Shown piece by piece: positions 16,406-27,248 of a stretch of 64,000 nucleotides of DNA. Within the stretch, counting starts at the first letter, position 1; the number at the start of each line of letters is the position of its first letter. Below the pieces are notes generated by a model. It was not told the DNA's origin, searched no databases, and worked only from the letters and a program-made list of their open reading frames with translations. The translations under genes and the position numbers were made by a program. The stretch spans positions 25,866 through 89,865 of the forward strand of contig JACRJQ010000008.1 of the NCBI GenBank assembly GCA_016215405.1, read 5' to 3'. The stretch comes from Candidatus Tayloriibacteriota bacterium (GTDB taxonomy: Bacteria; Patescibacteriota; Minisyncoccia; Phycocordibacterales; UBA6065).

Positions 16406-17032
16406 CTAGACTGCCGGATGAGGGTCGGGAGCCTTTACAGGGAGCGCTTTGAGGCTCTGGTATACGTAGACCGTCGCGAGAAGGCATACGGGAGACGTGA
16501 TGAGAAGGCCGACCCCTAGAGCGAGGGCCCCGAGAAGATTGAGGAGGAAGAGGACGACCGAGAATCCGAGAAGGTCCCAGAATCGCCCTTTCGTAAGCGA
16601 CCAGCTCCTCTTTATGGACTCGAGGGGCTTCATATCCTCCTCGACCAAAGCGAAGGCGAAGACGCCGAGCCTCACCACGAGATAGACGCCGGGAAGTATG
16701 AGCGCCGCGAAACCGGCGATATAAGATACCGTAAAGAGGAGGGTCGCGAGGACGTAGCGGCCGAACATCCCCCAGCTCGCCGCGAAGATATCCTTCGCCT
16801 CCGGCTTCCCTCCCGCATGGATCTTGAGGCCGACCCGAACGAACGTGAGCATCGCGAAGAGGTTGACCGCCATCCCCAGAAGCTGCGCGGCCAGGCTCTT
16901 GTCTCCCGTGAATCCGATTATGCCCGCGGCGACGAAGAACCCGAGGGTGAGAAGGACGAGGAATTTCACGTTCTCTCGGAATTTCGTCCAACCGTAAGAA
17001 AGGGCCTCCTTTATAGTGAATGTAGATTGCAT
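16406..17032 (-). CDS. Polytopic membrane protein, function unknown.
   Basis: 208 aa, ~6 TM helices (GFFVAAGIIGF, LATLLFTVSYIAGFAALILPGVYLVV, LLGFSVVLFLLNLLGALALGVGLLI). Confidence 0.5.
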   Translation of the reverse strand: MQSTFTIKEALSYGWTKFRENVKFLVLLTLGFFVAAGIIGFTGDKSLAAQLLGMAVNLFAMLTFVRVGLKIHAGGKPEAKDIFAASWGMFGRYVLATLLFTVSYIAGFAALILPGVYLVVRLGVFAFALVEEDMKPLESIKRSWSLTKGRFWDLLGFSVVLFLLNLLGALALGVGLLITSPVCLLATVYVYQSLKALPVKAPDPHPAV

Positions 17033-17082
17033 GGTGTGCGCTATTGATTAGGTGGGTCTATTTTACCAAATAAAAGCCGCCT

Positions 17083-17895
17083 TTATTCCTTCGCGAGCGC
17101 GTGGCCTGCTCCCCTGCCTAAGGCATAGATCCTGCCTATCTCCCGGGCCGAGAGCGACTTATTGAAGAAATGTATATCGTCGATAAGGAGCGTAGAGTCG
17201 AAATAGGGCGTCGGAAAATAGAGGACCGAAGTGGCGTCGAGATTGATCCCGATAAGGACCGAGGCGTCGGCTTTGCCTTGGAGCGCCCCGTCGACATATA
17301 TGGCGAGAGTGTTCGCGGTCCGATCGAGGACGCATGAGGCGTAGTGCCATTGACCGTCGTTATAAGCCGTCGTGCCTACGATAGAGAGCGTGCCGTTCGT
17401 GTGGACATAGCACTGAAGCGCGCCGCCAGTAAGATTCATTATCATCCCGCTCGCATTCGAGCTGTCGGATTTGCGCATGAGCGCGGCGCCCGCCTGAGTT
17501 GTTTTAAACCACATCGCTCTCGTAGCGCTGCCGAGCCCTATATCGAGGATGGCGCTGTCGGGCACGGTCACTCCCTGACCGTTGGTCATGGAGAGCGAGC
17601 AGCCGACCGCCATCGGAGAATCGTTCGATACCCATACGGGAGAGCCGTTGAAGGCGCCGTTGTTCCCGTAGCCTGAGCGGTCGCGGACCGTCGTACCCGA
17701 ACATTCGTCGAGGTCCCAAAGGCCGACGAGTTGGTCGCCGAGAGCCCTGTCGGTGGTAGCGGCCGCTTGCTTCCCCGCCGCTATCCTCGCCTTGGCGCGA
17801 GCGGCGTTAAGAGAGGAAAGGACCACGCTCGAAAGGAGCGATATGATCGATATGACGACGAGAAGCTCTATGAGGGTGAAGGCGCGGCGAGACAT
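17083..17895 (-). CDS. Type IV pilin / pseudopilin with prepilin N-terminal methylation motif fused to a ConA-like/LamG lectin domain.
   Basis: MSRRAFTLIELLVVISIISLL (class III signal), then DGQWHYASCVLDRTANTLAIYVDGAL (LamG-like). Confidence 0.75.
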   Translation of the reverse strand: MSRRAFTLIELLVVISIISLLSSVVLSSLNAARAKARIAAGKQAAATTDRALGDQLVGLWDLDECSGTTVRDRSGYGNNGAFNGSPVWVSNDSPMAVGCSLSMTNGQGVTVPDSAILDIGLGSATRAMWFKTTQAGAALMRKSDSSNASGMIMNLTGGALQCYVHTNGTLSIVGTTAYNDGQWHYASCVLDRTANTLAIYVDGALQGKADASVLIGINLDATSVLYFPTPYFDSTLLIDDIHFFNKSLSAREIGRIYALGRGAGHALAKE

Positions 17896-18157
17896 GACGG
17901 AATTTTAGCATGGAGAAACGGCTTCAAATCCTAGACGCAGCTCCACAGGAGCTGCTTACGCGCACACTAGGAATTTTGGTCATTACATGACCAGTATCCG
18001 TTTCCCATTTCTTCGGATGCGTACATGTGGTCACAGGTCTCTTCGCCTCGTCAGGCTCACAGCCCGCGACCCCGCCTCGCGGCTTTTCGAAACGAAAAGC
18101 ATCGCTCCGGCTCGCACAAACGGAAAATCTTGCCACTGGCAGGATTTTCCAAATTTG

Positions 18158-18230
18158 TGCGCGTACTAGGATTTGAACCTAGGACCCCATCAGTATCAGT
18201 GATGTGCTCTACCAACTGAGCTATACGCGC
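18158..18230 (-). tRNA. tRNA-Ile (anticodon GAU).
   Basis: Reverse complement gcgcgta-ta-gctcagttggtagagc-a-catca-ctGATac-tgatg-gggtc-ctagg-ttcaaat-cctag-tacgcgc-a. All stems pair. 73 nt. Confidence 0.9.
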
Positions 18231-18391
18231 ATATATGGCTGTGCGCATCAGATTTTCGAGAGGAGAGACCCTCATGCCACCTGATACGTGTACATGCTTT
18301 TGCCCGTGAAATATAGCAAAAGCGAGCCTTTTAATCAACAAAAAAGCGCCCGTTCTCTCTACGGGCGCTCTGGAGTTTTTTGGACTCTCGA

Positions 18392-18727
18392 TCACGAGAG
18401 GATCCAGATCCACCACCAGTCGACCGACGGCAAGGGCAGTGCGTGCGCGCCGAGTCCCACGATGAGGACGAGGCGGACGAAGCCGAGACCGAAGTAGAGC
18501 GACGGGAGGAAGAGCCAGAAGATCCAGGGGTGAGCCGGGTCCTCTTTGAGCCATGCGGCGAGTTCGCGATAGACGCCGCGTGCTTTAGGGGCAGAGCACT
18601 TCCACGCGGCAACGATGCCGATGAAGGTCCACATGATCCCTTCGCACGCGAGATCGACGACGAACAGAACGAGACCGACCGCATACTCGACGAACGACTT
18701 TCTCGGGGTGAAGACCTCGAGGTTCAT
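18392..18727 (-). CDS. Small membrane protein (111 aa) encoded between 16S rRNA and tRNA-Ile.
   Basis: MNLEVFTPRKSFVEYAVGLVLFVVDLACEGIMWTFIGIVAAWK... 3 TM helices. Genome-typical codons. Its own consensus promoter lies upstream. Confidence 0.45.
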   Translation of the reverse strand: MNLEVFTPRKSFVEYAVGLVLFVVDLACEGIMWTFIGIVAAWKCSAPKARGVYRELAAWLKEDPAHPWIFWLFLPSLYFGLGFVRLVLIVGLGAHALPLPSVDWWWIWILS

Positions 18728-18802
18728 GATGTAATGGGGGTTGAATTTCCGTGCCTTGGCAAAGGGAGTCCCTCTCTCGAGGTTCCCGGACTTATTGTAT
18801 CT

Positions 18803-18830
18803 ATTATATCTAATATATATAATTTGTCAA
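18803..18830 (-). promoter_or_regulatory. Consensus sigma70 promoter TTGACA-N16-TATAAT driving the 18392-18727 gene.
   Basis: Reverse complement: ttgacaaattatatatattagatataat. Confidence 0.45.
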
Positions 18831-19164
18831 GTGCCCTGCCCCGCGCAAAAAAAAGGCGCCTCGGATGGAGGACGCCTCGTAGATGGCTTTTACGGGCCAT
18901 CAGGCCGTAGCGATCGTGCCGATCGACTGGTCGCAAAGGGTGGCGTGGGAGAAGGGATTCTCCAGCACGAGCCTCTTTGGGGCCGTGGTCGATTGTGTGG
19001 ACTTCGGAGCCGGCCAGCTCTTCGCAGGGCTTGTGAGCGCTGAGGGAGCTGGCCAGTTCTTGGGTTGCTGATCGCTTGAAGGAGCGGGACGGGCGGGAGG
19101 ATTCATGTGATTCGGTATGTATCTATATCATATCATATTATACACTTTTGTCAACAACCCTTCG

Positions 19165-19195
19165 GACATGAGAAAACCGCCCTTTCGGGCGGTTT
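19165..19195 (-). terminator. Hairpin terminator immediately 3' of 16S rRNA.
   Basis: aaaaccgccctttcgggcggttttcttcgc. Confidence 0.4.
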
Positions 19196-19351
19196 TCTTC
19201 GCAAATATGTATACTGTCCTCTATTTTGTTCCGTTCTGGTCGTAGGTTCTTCCCCTACATCCATGCAGTTTAAGGTGTCTGCAAAACCCGGATGCTAGGC
19301 ATCCGATCGACTCCGTTAGCTTTCATCCAAAAAGGACGAAGAGCGTGTTTT

Positions 19352-20855
<1,504 letters not shown>

Positions 20856-21260
20856 AAACCGCAGATGGAGATCCCGAAGGACTTCTATCTGAGGCGAACG
20901 GAACAAAATAGATCACAGTATGCGAACTATCTTCTTCCTGGGAGATTCACGGGTGCTTTCCCGCCTCCACGATCCTATGGAGCATGGGGTCGAAAGCCCT
21001 CTTACAAATTTTCATTTGAATAGAGCCTACCCTCATGCTTATATCCGAAGAATACACTTGAACTTGCACAATACAGTTAGGATACTGTTTTACCAGTACA
21101 CTTTAACTTGCATTTGTTCTCTCCGCCGTGGCCAATGTGGCCCGGCGGAATTGATTATCTCAATATTTCAACGATCTCCTCACTAAGAGACCGAGGGAAT
21201 CAAAAAGTGCTTTACCAGCACTTTCTGACGTCCCACAAGGCTCTCAATGAGGTAAGGGTA

Positions 21261-21289
21261 AGTATACCCACGGCCGCGAAGGAGTCAAG
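21261..21289 (-). promoter_or_regulatory. Putative 16S rRNA promoter TTGACT-N16-TATACT.
   Basis: Reverse complement: cttgactccttcgcggccgtgggtatact. Same architecture as the 23S promoter at 40443-40470. Confidence 0.4.
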
Positions 21290-21361
21290 CCCTAAGACGC
21301 AGTAAAGGCAAAAGCGCCATAGAACGGCGCTTTTGCTCGCTATCTCGCGACTCGAAGATCC

Positions 21362-21532
21362 CTAGCTCTGGCCGCCCTTCCTACCAGCTTCCCTCGCCTT
21401 CTCGGGATCGTTCGCGAAGTTACCTGGGTTGTTCTCCTTGCCTTGGCTCTGTCCGCCCTTCGAAGCGATATCTCGCTGCTGCTCCGGGTCCATTCCCGCG
21501 AACCCTCGTCCGTTGTTATTTTCGTTAGCCAT
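21362..21532 (-). CDS. KGG-repeat stress-induced small protein (YciG/Con-10-like), 56 aa.
   Basis: MANENNNGRGFAGMDPEQQRDIASKGGQSQGKENNPGNFANDPEKAREAGRKGGQS. Below the 60-aa cut-off of the ORF track. A hairpin terminator (aaaagcgccatagaacggcgctttt) follows at ~21305-21335. Confidence 0.6.
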   Translation of the reverse strand: MANENNNGRGFAGMDPEQQRDIASKGGQSQGKENNPGNFANDPEKAREAGRKGGQS

Positions 21533-21678
21533 AGATGTTTTCTATCGGTGAGATTTTAATGTTCTTTGGAGCGGACCGCCCGCGCATCCGAGAACCGGTC
21601 CGCATCGATAATACGACGGGAACGCGACATTTATTTCATCTTCATCCGTGGCGGGCGGCTATGCGCGCCGCGCGAGAG

Positions 21679-23157
21679 CTAGAATATCTCAGACGTCACG
21701 CCCGAATACGCGTCGAGTATCGCTCCTTTCTCCTTCATGAGGTACTCGAGCTCGTCCTCGATGACGACGCCTTGTTCCAATAGATAGTTATGGCTCGCGT
21801 CGGCGGGATTCGCGAGATATGAATCGTATTCGTTCTTCTTGCGCGACCAAAGCGAGACCTTTGCCTCGTATTCCTTCTCCTTGAGAGCGCTTCGGGCCGC
21901 GAGCTCTCTGAGGGTCTTTTTCTGGTAGTCGCCGAGGGCCTCTATCGAGCGTTCCTCGTTCACGACGAAGACGTTGAAGGCGTGCGCCTGAGACTTGAGA
22001 AAATCCATCGCGCCGTAAAGCCCCTGAGCGGCGATCTTGAGCTTATTGAGATAGAGCTTGGTGACCTTGCCGTCCTGGTCTCCAGCGAGCCTTGAATTGA
22101 AGCTGTCAAAAGAGTTCTTGCCGGAAGAGATGGCGATCGCGTAATCGATGGCCGCGCTATTTCTCGTGCCGTCGAAGATGGCGTCGATCTGGCCGCGGAC
22201 GAGAGCCTCGTCAGGGGTGCGGAACCGCTTGTCCTTATAGAGTCTCATTCCCGCCGTTATCTGGGATAGGGTCGAGCGCAAGGAGCTCGACGTGACAGAG
22301 TACTTCAGACACGTCTTCATCTCCTCGAGGACCTTGCACGAGGACTTGTCCGGTATGCCTATGAACGCGCCGGACCTATCGAAGATCGCGCCGCCGTTAT
22401 CGAGAGGCTTCCTGTCTACTGCGACCTCGATAGAATCCGAGCCTGCGCGCGAGACGACGCCCGAGAGGAACGGCTCTCCGCCTGACCCGCCTTTCGTTGA
22501 AGGCATCCCGGCGACATAGACTCGGTCTCCCTGCTTTGCCGTCGACTGCGATCCGAGCTCTATCGGGCGATATGTCCCCTTCTCGGAGATCTTCACTACC
22601 GCCGCGCCTCGAGCCTCGTCGAGGCCTACGAGCCGCGCGGCCTTTCTCGATCCGTTCGAGAGGATGACCGTGACGTCTTCGACGACGCCCGTGACGGATT
22701 TGTCCGCGCCTTCGATCCACACACCGTAGGCAGGCACGAGTATGCGGCCCTCGGCGTCTATGATGACACCGCTCGAAGACGTCGTGGCGGTCTCGACCAC
22801 GACGAGCGACTGCTTCACCTTAGCGAGGACTTCCTTGTCGGAAGCGCTTCCGGCGGCGGACGCCGGCTTCGCCGCTGGTTCGACCTTCTTCTCTTCGACC
22901 TCTTTCACTCCCGCCGCCCGCAGCTTCTTTTGAGCCTCCTGGAGCTTGTCCTCGAGCTCGGCGATCCTCTTATAGAGGTCGCTTACTGTAGGCGTCGCGA
23001 CGATGACCTCGTCGGTCGTGCTCGCCGATCCGAGGACGGCTTCGGAGGTCGTCTCCTTCTGGAAAGCCTTCCATGTGGAAGGCTTCCACCAAGCGGCTTC
23101 TGCCGCCGACGGAAAGACGAGGATCGCGAGAAGGAATAAAGATACGGTCTTTGCCAT
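21679..23157 (-). CDS. Secreted trypsin-like (chymotrypsin-fold) serine protease domain protein with a coiled-coil N-region and a C-terminal extension.
   Basis: Signal peptide MAKTVSLFLLAILVFPSAAEA. GVIIDAEGRILVPAYGV, DRVYVAGMP, PLDNGGAIFDRSGAFIGI (GDSGG-like). Confidence 0.55.
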   Translation of the reverse strand: MAKTVSLFLLAILVFPSAAEAAWWKPSTWKAFQKETTSEAVLGSASTTDEVIVATPTVSDLYKRIAELEDKLQEAQKKLRAAGVKEVEEKKVEPAAKPASAAGSASDKEVLAKVKQSLVVVETATTSSSGVIIDAEGRILVPAYGVWIEGADKSVTGVVEDVTVILSNGSRKAARLVGLDEARGAAVVKISEKGTYRPIELGSQSTAKQGDRVYVAGMPSTKGGSGGEPFLSGVVSRAGSDSIEVAVDRKPLDNGGAIFDRSGAFIGIPDKSSCKVLEEMKTCLKYSVTSSSLRSTLSQITAGMRLYKDKRFRTPDEALVRGQIDAIFDGTRNSAAIDYAIAISSGKNSFDSFNSRLAGDQDGKVTKLYLNKLKIAAQGLYGAMDFLKSQAHAFNVFVVNEERSIEALGDYQKKTLRELAARSALKEKEYEAKVSLWSRKKNEYDSYLANPADASHNYLLEQGVVIEDELEYLMKEKGAILDAYSGVTSEIF

Positions 23158-23284
23158 AGTGCTATAAATCTACTCCTTGAGGGGTAAAAAGCAATAAAGG
23201 CTCTTCCCTAGCCCGGCATCCGCTCAGGCTTTCTCGTCCCACACTAGATTAAAAGACCTCCGCAATGGAGGTCCTTTGATCTAG

Positions 23285-23366
23285 TGTCGTGGGAGGGACT
23301 CGAACCCTCAACCTTTGCAGGATGCGCTTCTGAGACGCACGCGTATACCAGTTCCGCCACCACGAC
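23285..23366 (-). tRNA. tRNA-Leu (anticodon CAG) with long variable arm.
   Basis: Reverse complement gtcgtgg-tg-gcggaactggtatacgc-g-tgcgt-ctCAGaa-gcgca-tcctgcaaaggt-tgagggttcgagtccctc-ccacgac. Acceptor and T stems pair perfectly. Confidence 0.85.
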
Positions 23367-23421
23367 ATAGAAAGCCATCATGACCGACTCTATCAGAACT
23401 TTCTCCGCCGATAAAGAAGCC

Positions 23422-24114
23422 CTAGGCGCGCCCCTCCTTAGAGGCTTCTCCTACGGACGCGAAAGGCGCCTTCATAGGCTCCCATATATAGAGGACGAGG
23501 GAGAAGGCCGCCACCTGCGAGAACATGCGCAGCCTGCGCCAGAAACCCTTAAAGAACCCGTATTTCTCCTCTTTCGAGAAATGCCTGAGGGAAGGCACGA
23601 TCTCGTAGCCTGTCCCCTTCCCGTACCTGCGAGCGGCGTAGTTTAAGGCGAGCTCGATCCGAAACCCTTTCTTGTGGTTCGCCGGGATCTTATACCAGAG
23701 GCTTTTGACGAGGGCGCGCTGCCCCGACAGGACGGGCGATATATAGAAAAGCTTTTTCGAGAAGACGAGGGGCCTCGCGAAGATCCCTACGTGCATATCG
23801 AGCCTCCCAGAGACTACAGGATCTATGATGACGGAGAGCTTCTCGTACGTCATCCCGAGGACGTCGGCGTCGAGGAATAGGATGATATCGCTTTTGGCCG
23901 CCTTGACCCCGATCTCCATCGCGTTCGCCTTGCCAGAATTCTCCGAAAGGCGGATCACCTTCGCGCCTGCCTGAGCGGCTATCCGGGAGGTCCCGTCCTT
24001 CGAGCCGTCATCGACCACGATCACCTCTTCGATGCGAGGGTGGCCGACGACGGCCTTCACCGCCTCGCCTATCGTGCTCTCTTCGTTATATGCCGGGATT
24101 ATCGCTGAGACCAT
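23422..24114 (-). CDS. Family 2 glycosyltransferase (polyprenol-phosphate glycosyltransferase-like).
   Basis: SAIIPAYNEESTIGEAVKAV...VIVVDDGSKDGT...LFLDADV (DxD region). Confidence 0.8.
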   Translation of the reverse strand: MVSAIIPAYNEESTIGEAVKAVVGHPRIEEVIVVDDGSKDGTSRIAAQAGAKVIRLSENSGKANAMEIGVKAAKSDIILFLDADVLGMTYEKLSVIIDPVVSGRLDMHVGIFARPLVFSKKLFYISPVLSGQRALVKSLWYKIPANHKKGFRIELALNYAARRYGKGTGYEIVPSLRHFSKEEKYGFFKGFWRRLRMFSQVAAFSLVLYIWEPMKAPFASVGEASKEGRA

Positions 24115-24689
24115 GTTCTTTTGAATAGTGCGCCCAATATGAGATGCGCCGCGACGAGGAACGCCACGAAGACGAGGAACGCGACCTCGAGGCCATGGAC
24201 GAGATCGGTGAGGTTCGACAGCGAGAACTCGATCGAATACGCGAGAAGGGCGATGAAAACCGTGAGCGATAGTATGCCGAGAAAGTTCACCGAGAGATAT
24301 CTGCGGAGCGGCATCCTCTGGCTCCCGGCGAGTATCTGCGCGGCGACCCGGACCCCGTACACGAATTTAGAGAAATACAGGACGACGGACGACCTCTTCA
24401 TAAAGGCGCCCGAGAGCATATCTGCCCCTTTTTTAACCCGGGCGTTCACGAGCCTTCCGTAAAACCGGTCTTTCATATGGAGGCCGACATAGTACCAAGC
24501 GAGGTCGGCGAGAGTCGTCGCCGCGACGGCGACAGCCACGACATAGGGCATCGAGAGCTTACCCGCCAGGGCGAAATACACCGCAGGGAGAAGGACCGCC
24601 TCGCCGGCGAATATGAGCCCAACGAATATGAAGATATACGGGTGGAGGCTCGCCGTATCAAGGATGCTCTGAAAATATGATTCGATCAT
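24099..24689 (-). CDS. DedA/VTT-domain family membrane protein.
   Basis: 196 aa. FVGLIFAGEAVLLPAVYFALAGK and VLYFSKFVYGVRVAAQILAGSQRMPLRRYL are typical DedA motifs. The gene overlaps the GT2 gene by 16 nt. Confidence 0.7.
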   Translation of the reverse strand: MIESYFQSILDTASLHPYIFIFVGLIFAGEAVLLPAVYFALAGKLSMPYVVAVAVAATTLADLAWYYVGLHMKDRFYGRLVNARVKKGADMLSGAFMKRSSVVLYFSKFVYGVRVAAQILAGSQRMPLRRYLSVNFLGILSLTVFIALLAYSIEFSLSNLTDLVHGLEVAFLVFVAFLVAAHLILGALFKRTWSQR

Positions 24690-24732
24690 GTCCTGGTATT
24701 ATATCGGCCCGCGACCCTCGCCCCAAGCTCTA

Positions 24733-26262
24733 TTAGGAGCCTGTGTAAAGCGATATTATGGCGGGTACCGACCAGAGCTTGCCCCCGGATCTCCTCGCGA
24801 ACACAGCGACGTCGGTCCTGCCCTCCCCCTCTTCATAGCGGAACTCTACCGTCGCAGATGCGCCTCTTTCAGATATCCGCGCCTCGGCGGGACCCTGAGA
24901 CAGGACTACGTACTTGTATTCGTACCCCGTCTCGCGACCGTCCGCCGAGAGCGCCGTCGCCCTTAGCGCGATAGAGCGATTCCCGCCTACGTCGAGCCTC
25001 CGAGCGACGGCGCCGGGAGTCTCGAAGAGCGCCTCCGCGTCGTCGAACGTCTCCGATGCCACGGACAGCTCGACGAGGGGCGGCACATCAGAGAGGGCGA
25101 GGCCGTTTATGGAGTCGACGAGCTTGCTTGCGTCGTATGCCGGTCGGACCGACCCTCCCTCGAGCCTATGGGCGAGATACGAGCTGCCGTGAGAAAGCTC
25201 GCTTCGAAGATAGCCGTCGTCCGAATCCACAGAGTAGTGGGAATAGCGGATCATCGCCTGTAGCGTGGGGATGAGCATCCCTTTCGCGGCCAAAGCCTTC
25301 TTTACATCGGGGCGGAAAGCGGCGAGGCCCGCGAATCCGAGCTCGACGAAAGCCAGGTCGCTCCCCGATGCGTCATGGATCCTCAGGCTCCCCGCGCCGC
25401 AATCGCATATCTGCTTCGAGCCTATGACATACGGGGTATTCGCGATATTAGCCGTCGCCTGGTCTACCTCCGACGGATCCTCAAGAAGCCCTTTATCGTA
25501 AGGGTCGCCCGCGAAAGAATCGTCCGAAAGAGAGGGATAGATATAGAGATTATTGCCTCTATAAAGCCTGTAGAAGGCTTCTGTACCAGACTGGCTCCTG
25601 TACATCGCATAGGGGATGCCGTGCTTGACGGAGCCTTCGGTCGACCCGCTATACGACGCCTGCCCTATAGTGGGCTGAGGAGATACCGAGGTCGCCCTGC
25701 CTCCCGACCCGATCCTCCAATCGTGCTGCGGAAAGAGACGATGCTCGGGCGGGCAGTCGGGGGCAGGCGTCCAGCCCACGCAGAAGTTCACGTGAAGGCC
25801 GTCTCGATTATCGTAGAGGTCGCCCGCATTCCCTGCAGCCTTGCCCGACGCGTAGAGGGCGTTGAGCTTCTTGCAGGTCTCGATATCTATCATCTTCGAA
25901 GGGCTATACCCATCGGACCCGAAAGCCGATTCGTTGCAGACGGCGCTCTTCGCGCCGTCCGTCGAAGCCTCGGCCTGAGCCGCCCCTGCGCTAGTCGGAG
26001 ACGTCGTTCCTTCGGCGCTTTGAGAAGTCGAAGCGAGGCTCGCTTCGCGCGTGCGCGTAGACCCGATGGAAGTAGAGCCCAAGCCAGGGCGCGCGGTCGA
26101 GGGCGATGGCGCGAGGACCTTAAACCGCTCCGGCACGGATATGGACGAGAAATCGGCCGAAGCCTCGCTCCCGGCCCGCGGAGAGAGACTCGCTCTCATG
26201 CCAAATATGCCCGCTGCGACGGCTATGATTATGAGCGCTGATAATATGGCTTTCGTCTGCAT
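24733..26262 (-). CDS. Secreted/anchored hypothetical protein with a Ser/Thr-rich linker.
   Basis: N-terminal signal anchor, low-complexity STS region, then a globular region with a Cys pair (ICDCGAGSL). No family recognised. Confidence 0.45.
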   Translation of the reverse strand: MQTKAILSALIIIAVAAGIFGMRASLSPRAGSEASADFSSISVPERFKVLAPSPSTARPGLGSTSIGSTRTREASLASTSQSAEGTTSPTSAGAAQAEASTDGAKSAVCNESAFGSDGYSPSKMIDIETCKKLNALYASGKAAGNAGDLYDNRDGLHVNFCVGWTPAPDCPPEHRLFPQHDWRIGSGGRATSVSPQPTIGQASYSGSTEGSVKHGIPYAMYRSQSGTEAFYRLYRGNNLYIYPSLSDDSFAGDPYDKGLLEDPSEVDQATANIANTPYVIGSKQICDCGAGSLRIHDASGSDLAFVELGFAGLAAFRPDVKKALAAKGMLIPTLQAMIRYSHYSVDSDDGYLRSELSHGSSYLAHRLEGGSVRPAYDASKLVDSINGLALSDVPPLVELSVASETFDDAEALFETPGAVARRLDVGGNRSIALRATALSADGRETGYEYKYVVLSQGPAEARISERGASATVEFRYEEGEGRTDVAVFARRSGGKLWSVPAIISLYTGS

Positions 26263-26347
26263 ACCTATCTAGTACGTAAGGTGCCGTCGTTTTCAGTCAA
26301 AAAGAAAGCCGCGCTCCGCGCGGCTTTCTTTTTGAAGGGTCGGCGGG

Positions 26348-27241
26348 TTAGGACCTCCTCTGCCACTTGAACACCGTGACGAGGAGGGGCGATCCGAGGA
26401 ATATGGACGAGTACGTTCCGGCGGTGATCCCCACGAGGAGCGCGAGGGCGAAATGCTTCGTCGCTTCGGGTCCGACGACGTAAAGGACGGCTATGGCGAT
26501 AAGGGTCGTAAGGGACGTGTTGATAGAACGGACGAACGTCTGGCCTATCGACTCGCCGACGATGGCGTCGAAGGATTTCCTGTCACCGTGGGCCCTTAGA
26601 TTCTCCCTCACGCGATCGAAGACGACGATAGTGTCATGGATAGAGAAGCCGAGGATGACGAGGAGGGCGGTCACGAAGAGAGTGTCCACCTCGACCCCCG
26701 AGAAGCGGCCGAGCGCCGCGAACAGGCCTGCGGGGATGAGGATGTCGTGCAAGAGCGCGACGATGGCGATAAGGCCGTACTTCCACGACGACACAGGCTT
26801 AGACACCTTCCTAAAGACGAAAGCTATGAAAAGGACGATGGCGATGAGGACGAGGACGATGGACATCCACGACTTCTCGAGAGCCTCCTTTCCCAAGATA
26901 GGGCCTACCGAATCGAATCTCTTCTCGGTAAGCGCCGCTCCGCCGCCCAAAGCGGCGAGGACGGCGTTATGAGCTTCGGGAGAGAGTTCCTGGGTCCTTA
27001 AGATATAGCCCGCCGACCCAGTCTCTCGTATCGAATACTCGCCGAGCTTGAGAGCCTCGAGCTTCGGCCTGAGATTTTCGGCCGTAGGCCTGGTCGAAGT
27101 GCCGTATTCGACCTCGATGATGGAACCTCCCTTGAAATCGATTCCCGGCCTAAGTCCCCACGCGAAGATCGCGTAAAGTGATGCTATGACGAGCGCCGCG
27201 GAGACTGCGTAGAAGAATTTCCTGTGCGTGACTATGAACAT
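26348..27241 (-). CDS. secF: Protein-export membrane protein SecF.
   Basis: MFIVTHRKFFYAVSAALVIASLYAIFAWGLRPGIDFKGGSIIEV. 6 TM helices. Immediately downstream of secD. Confidence 0.85.
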   Translation of the reverse strand: MFIVTHRKFFYAVSAALVIASLYAIFAWGLRPGIDFKGGSIIEVEYGTSTRPTAENLRPKLEALKLGEYSIRETGSAGYILRTQELSPEAHNAVLAALGGGAALTEKRFDSVGPILGKEALEKSWMSIVLVLIAIVLFIAFVFRKVSKPVSSWKYGLIAIVALLHDILIPAGLFAALGRFSGVEVDTLFVTALLVILGFSIHDTIVVFDRVRENLRAHGDRKSFDAIVGESIGQTFVRSINTSLTTLIAIAVLYVVGPEATKHFALALLVGITAGTYSSIFLGSPLLVTVFKWQRRS

Positions 27242-27248
27242 GGCGGTA

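Noticed and set aside
14993-16519. 508-aa plus-strand ORF.
   Set aside because: It is antisense to pyruvate kinase, with Arg/Asp/Leu-rich composition. pyk on the minus strand is unambiguous.
18158-18230. tRNA-Ile as part of a canonical 16S-tRNA-23S spacer.
   Set aside because: The 23S gene is 16 kb upstream on the same strand, not downstream. A protein-coding gene with its own promoter intervenes between 16S and the tRNA.
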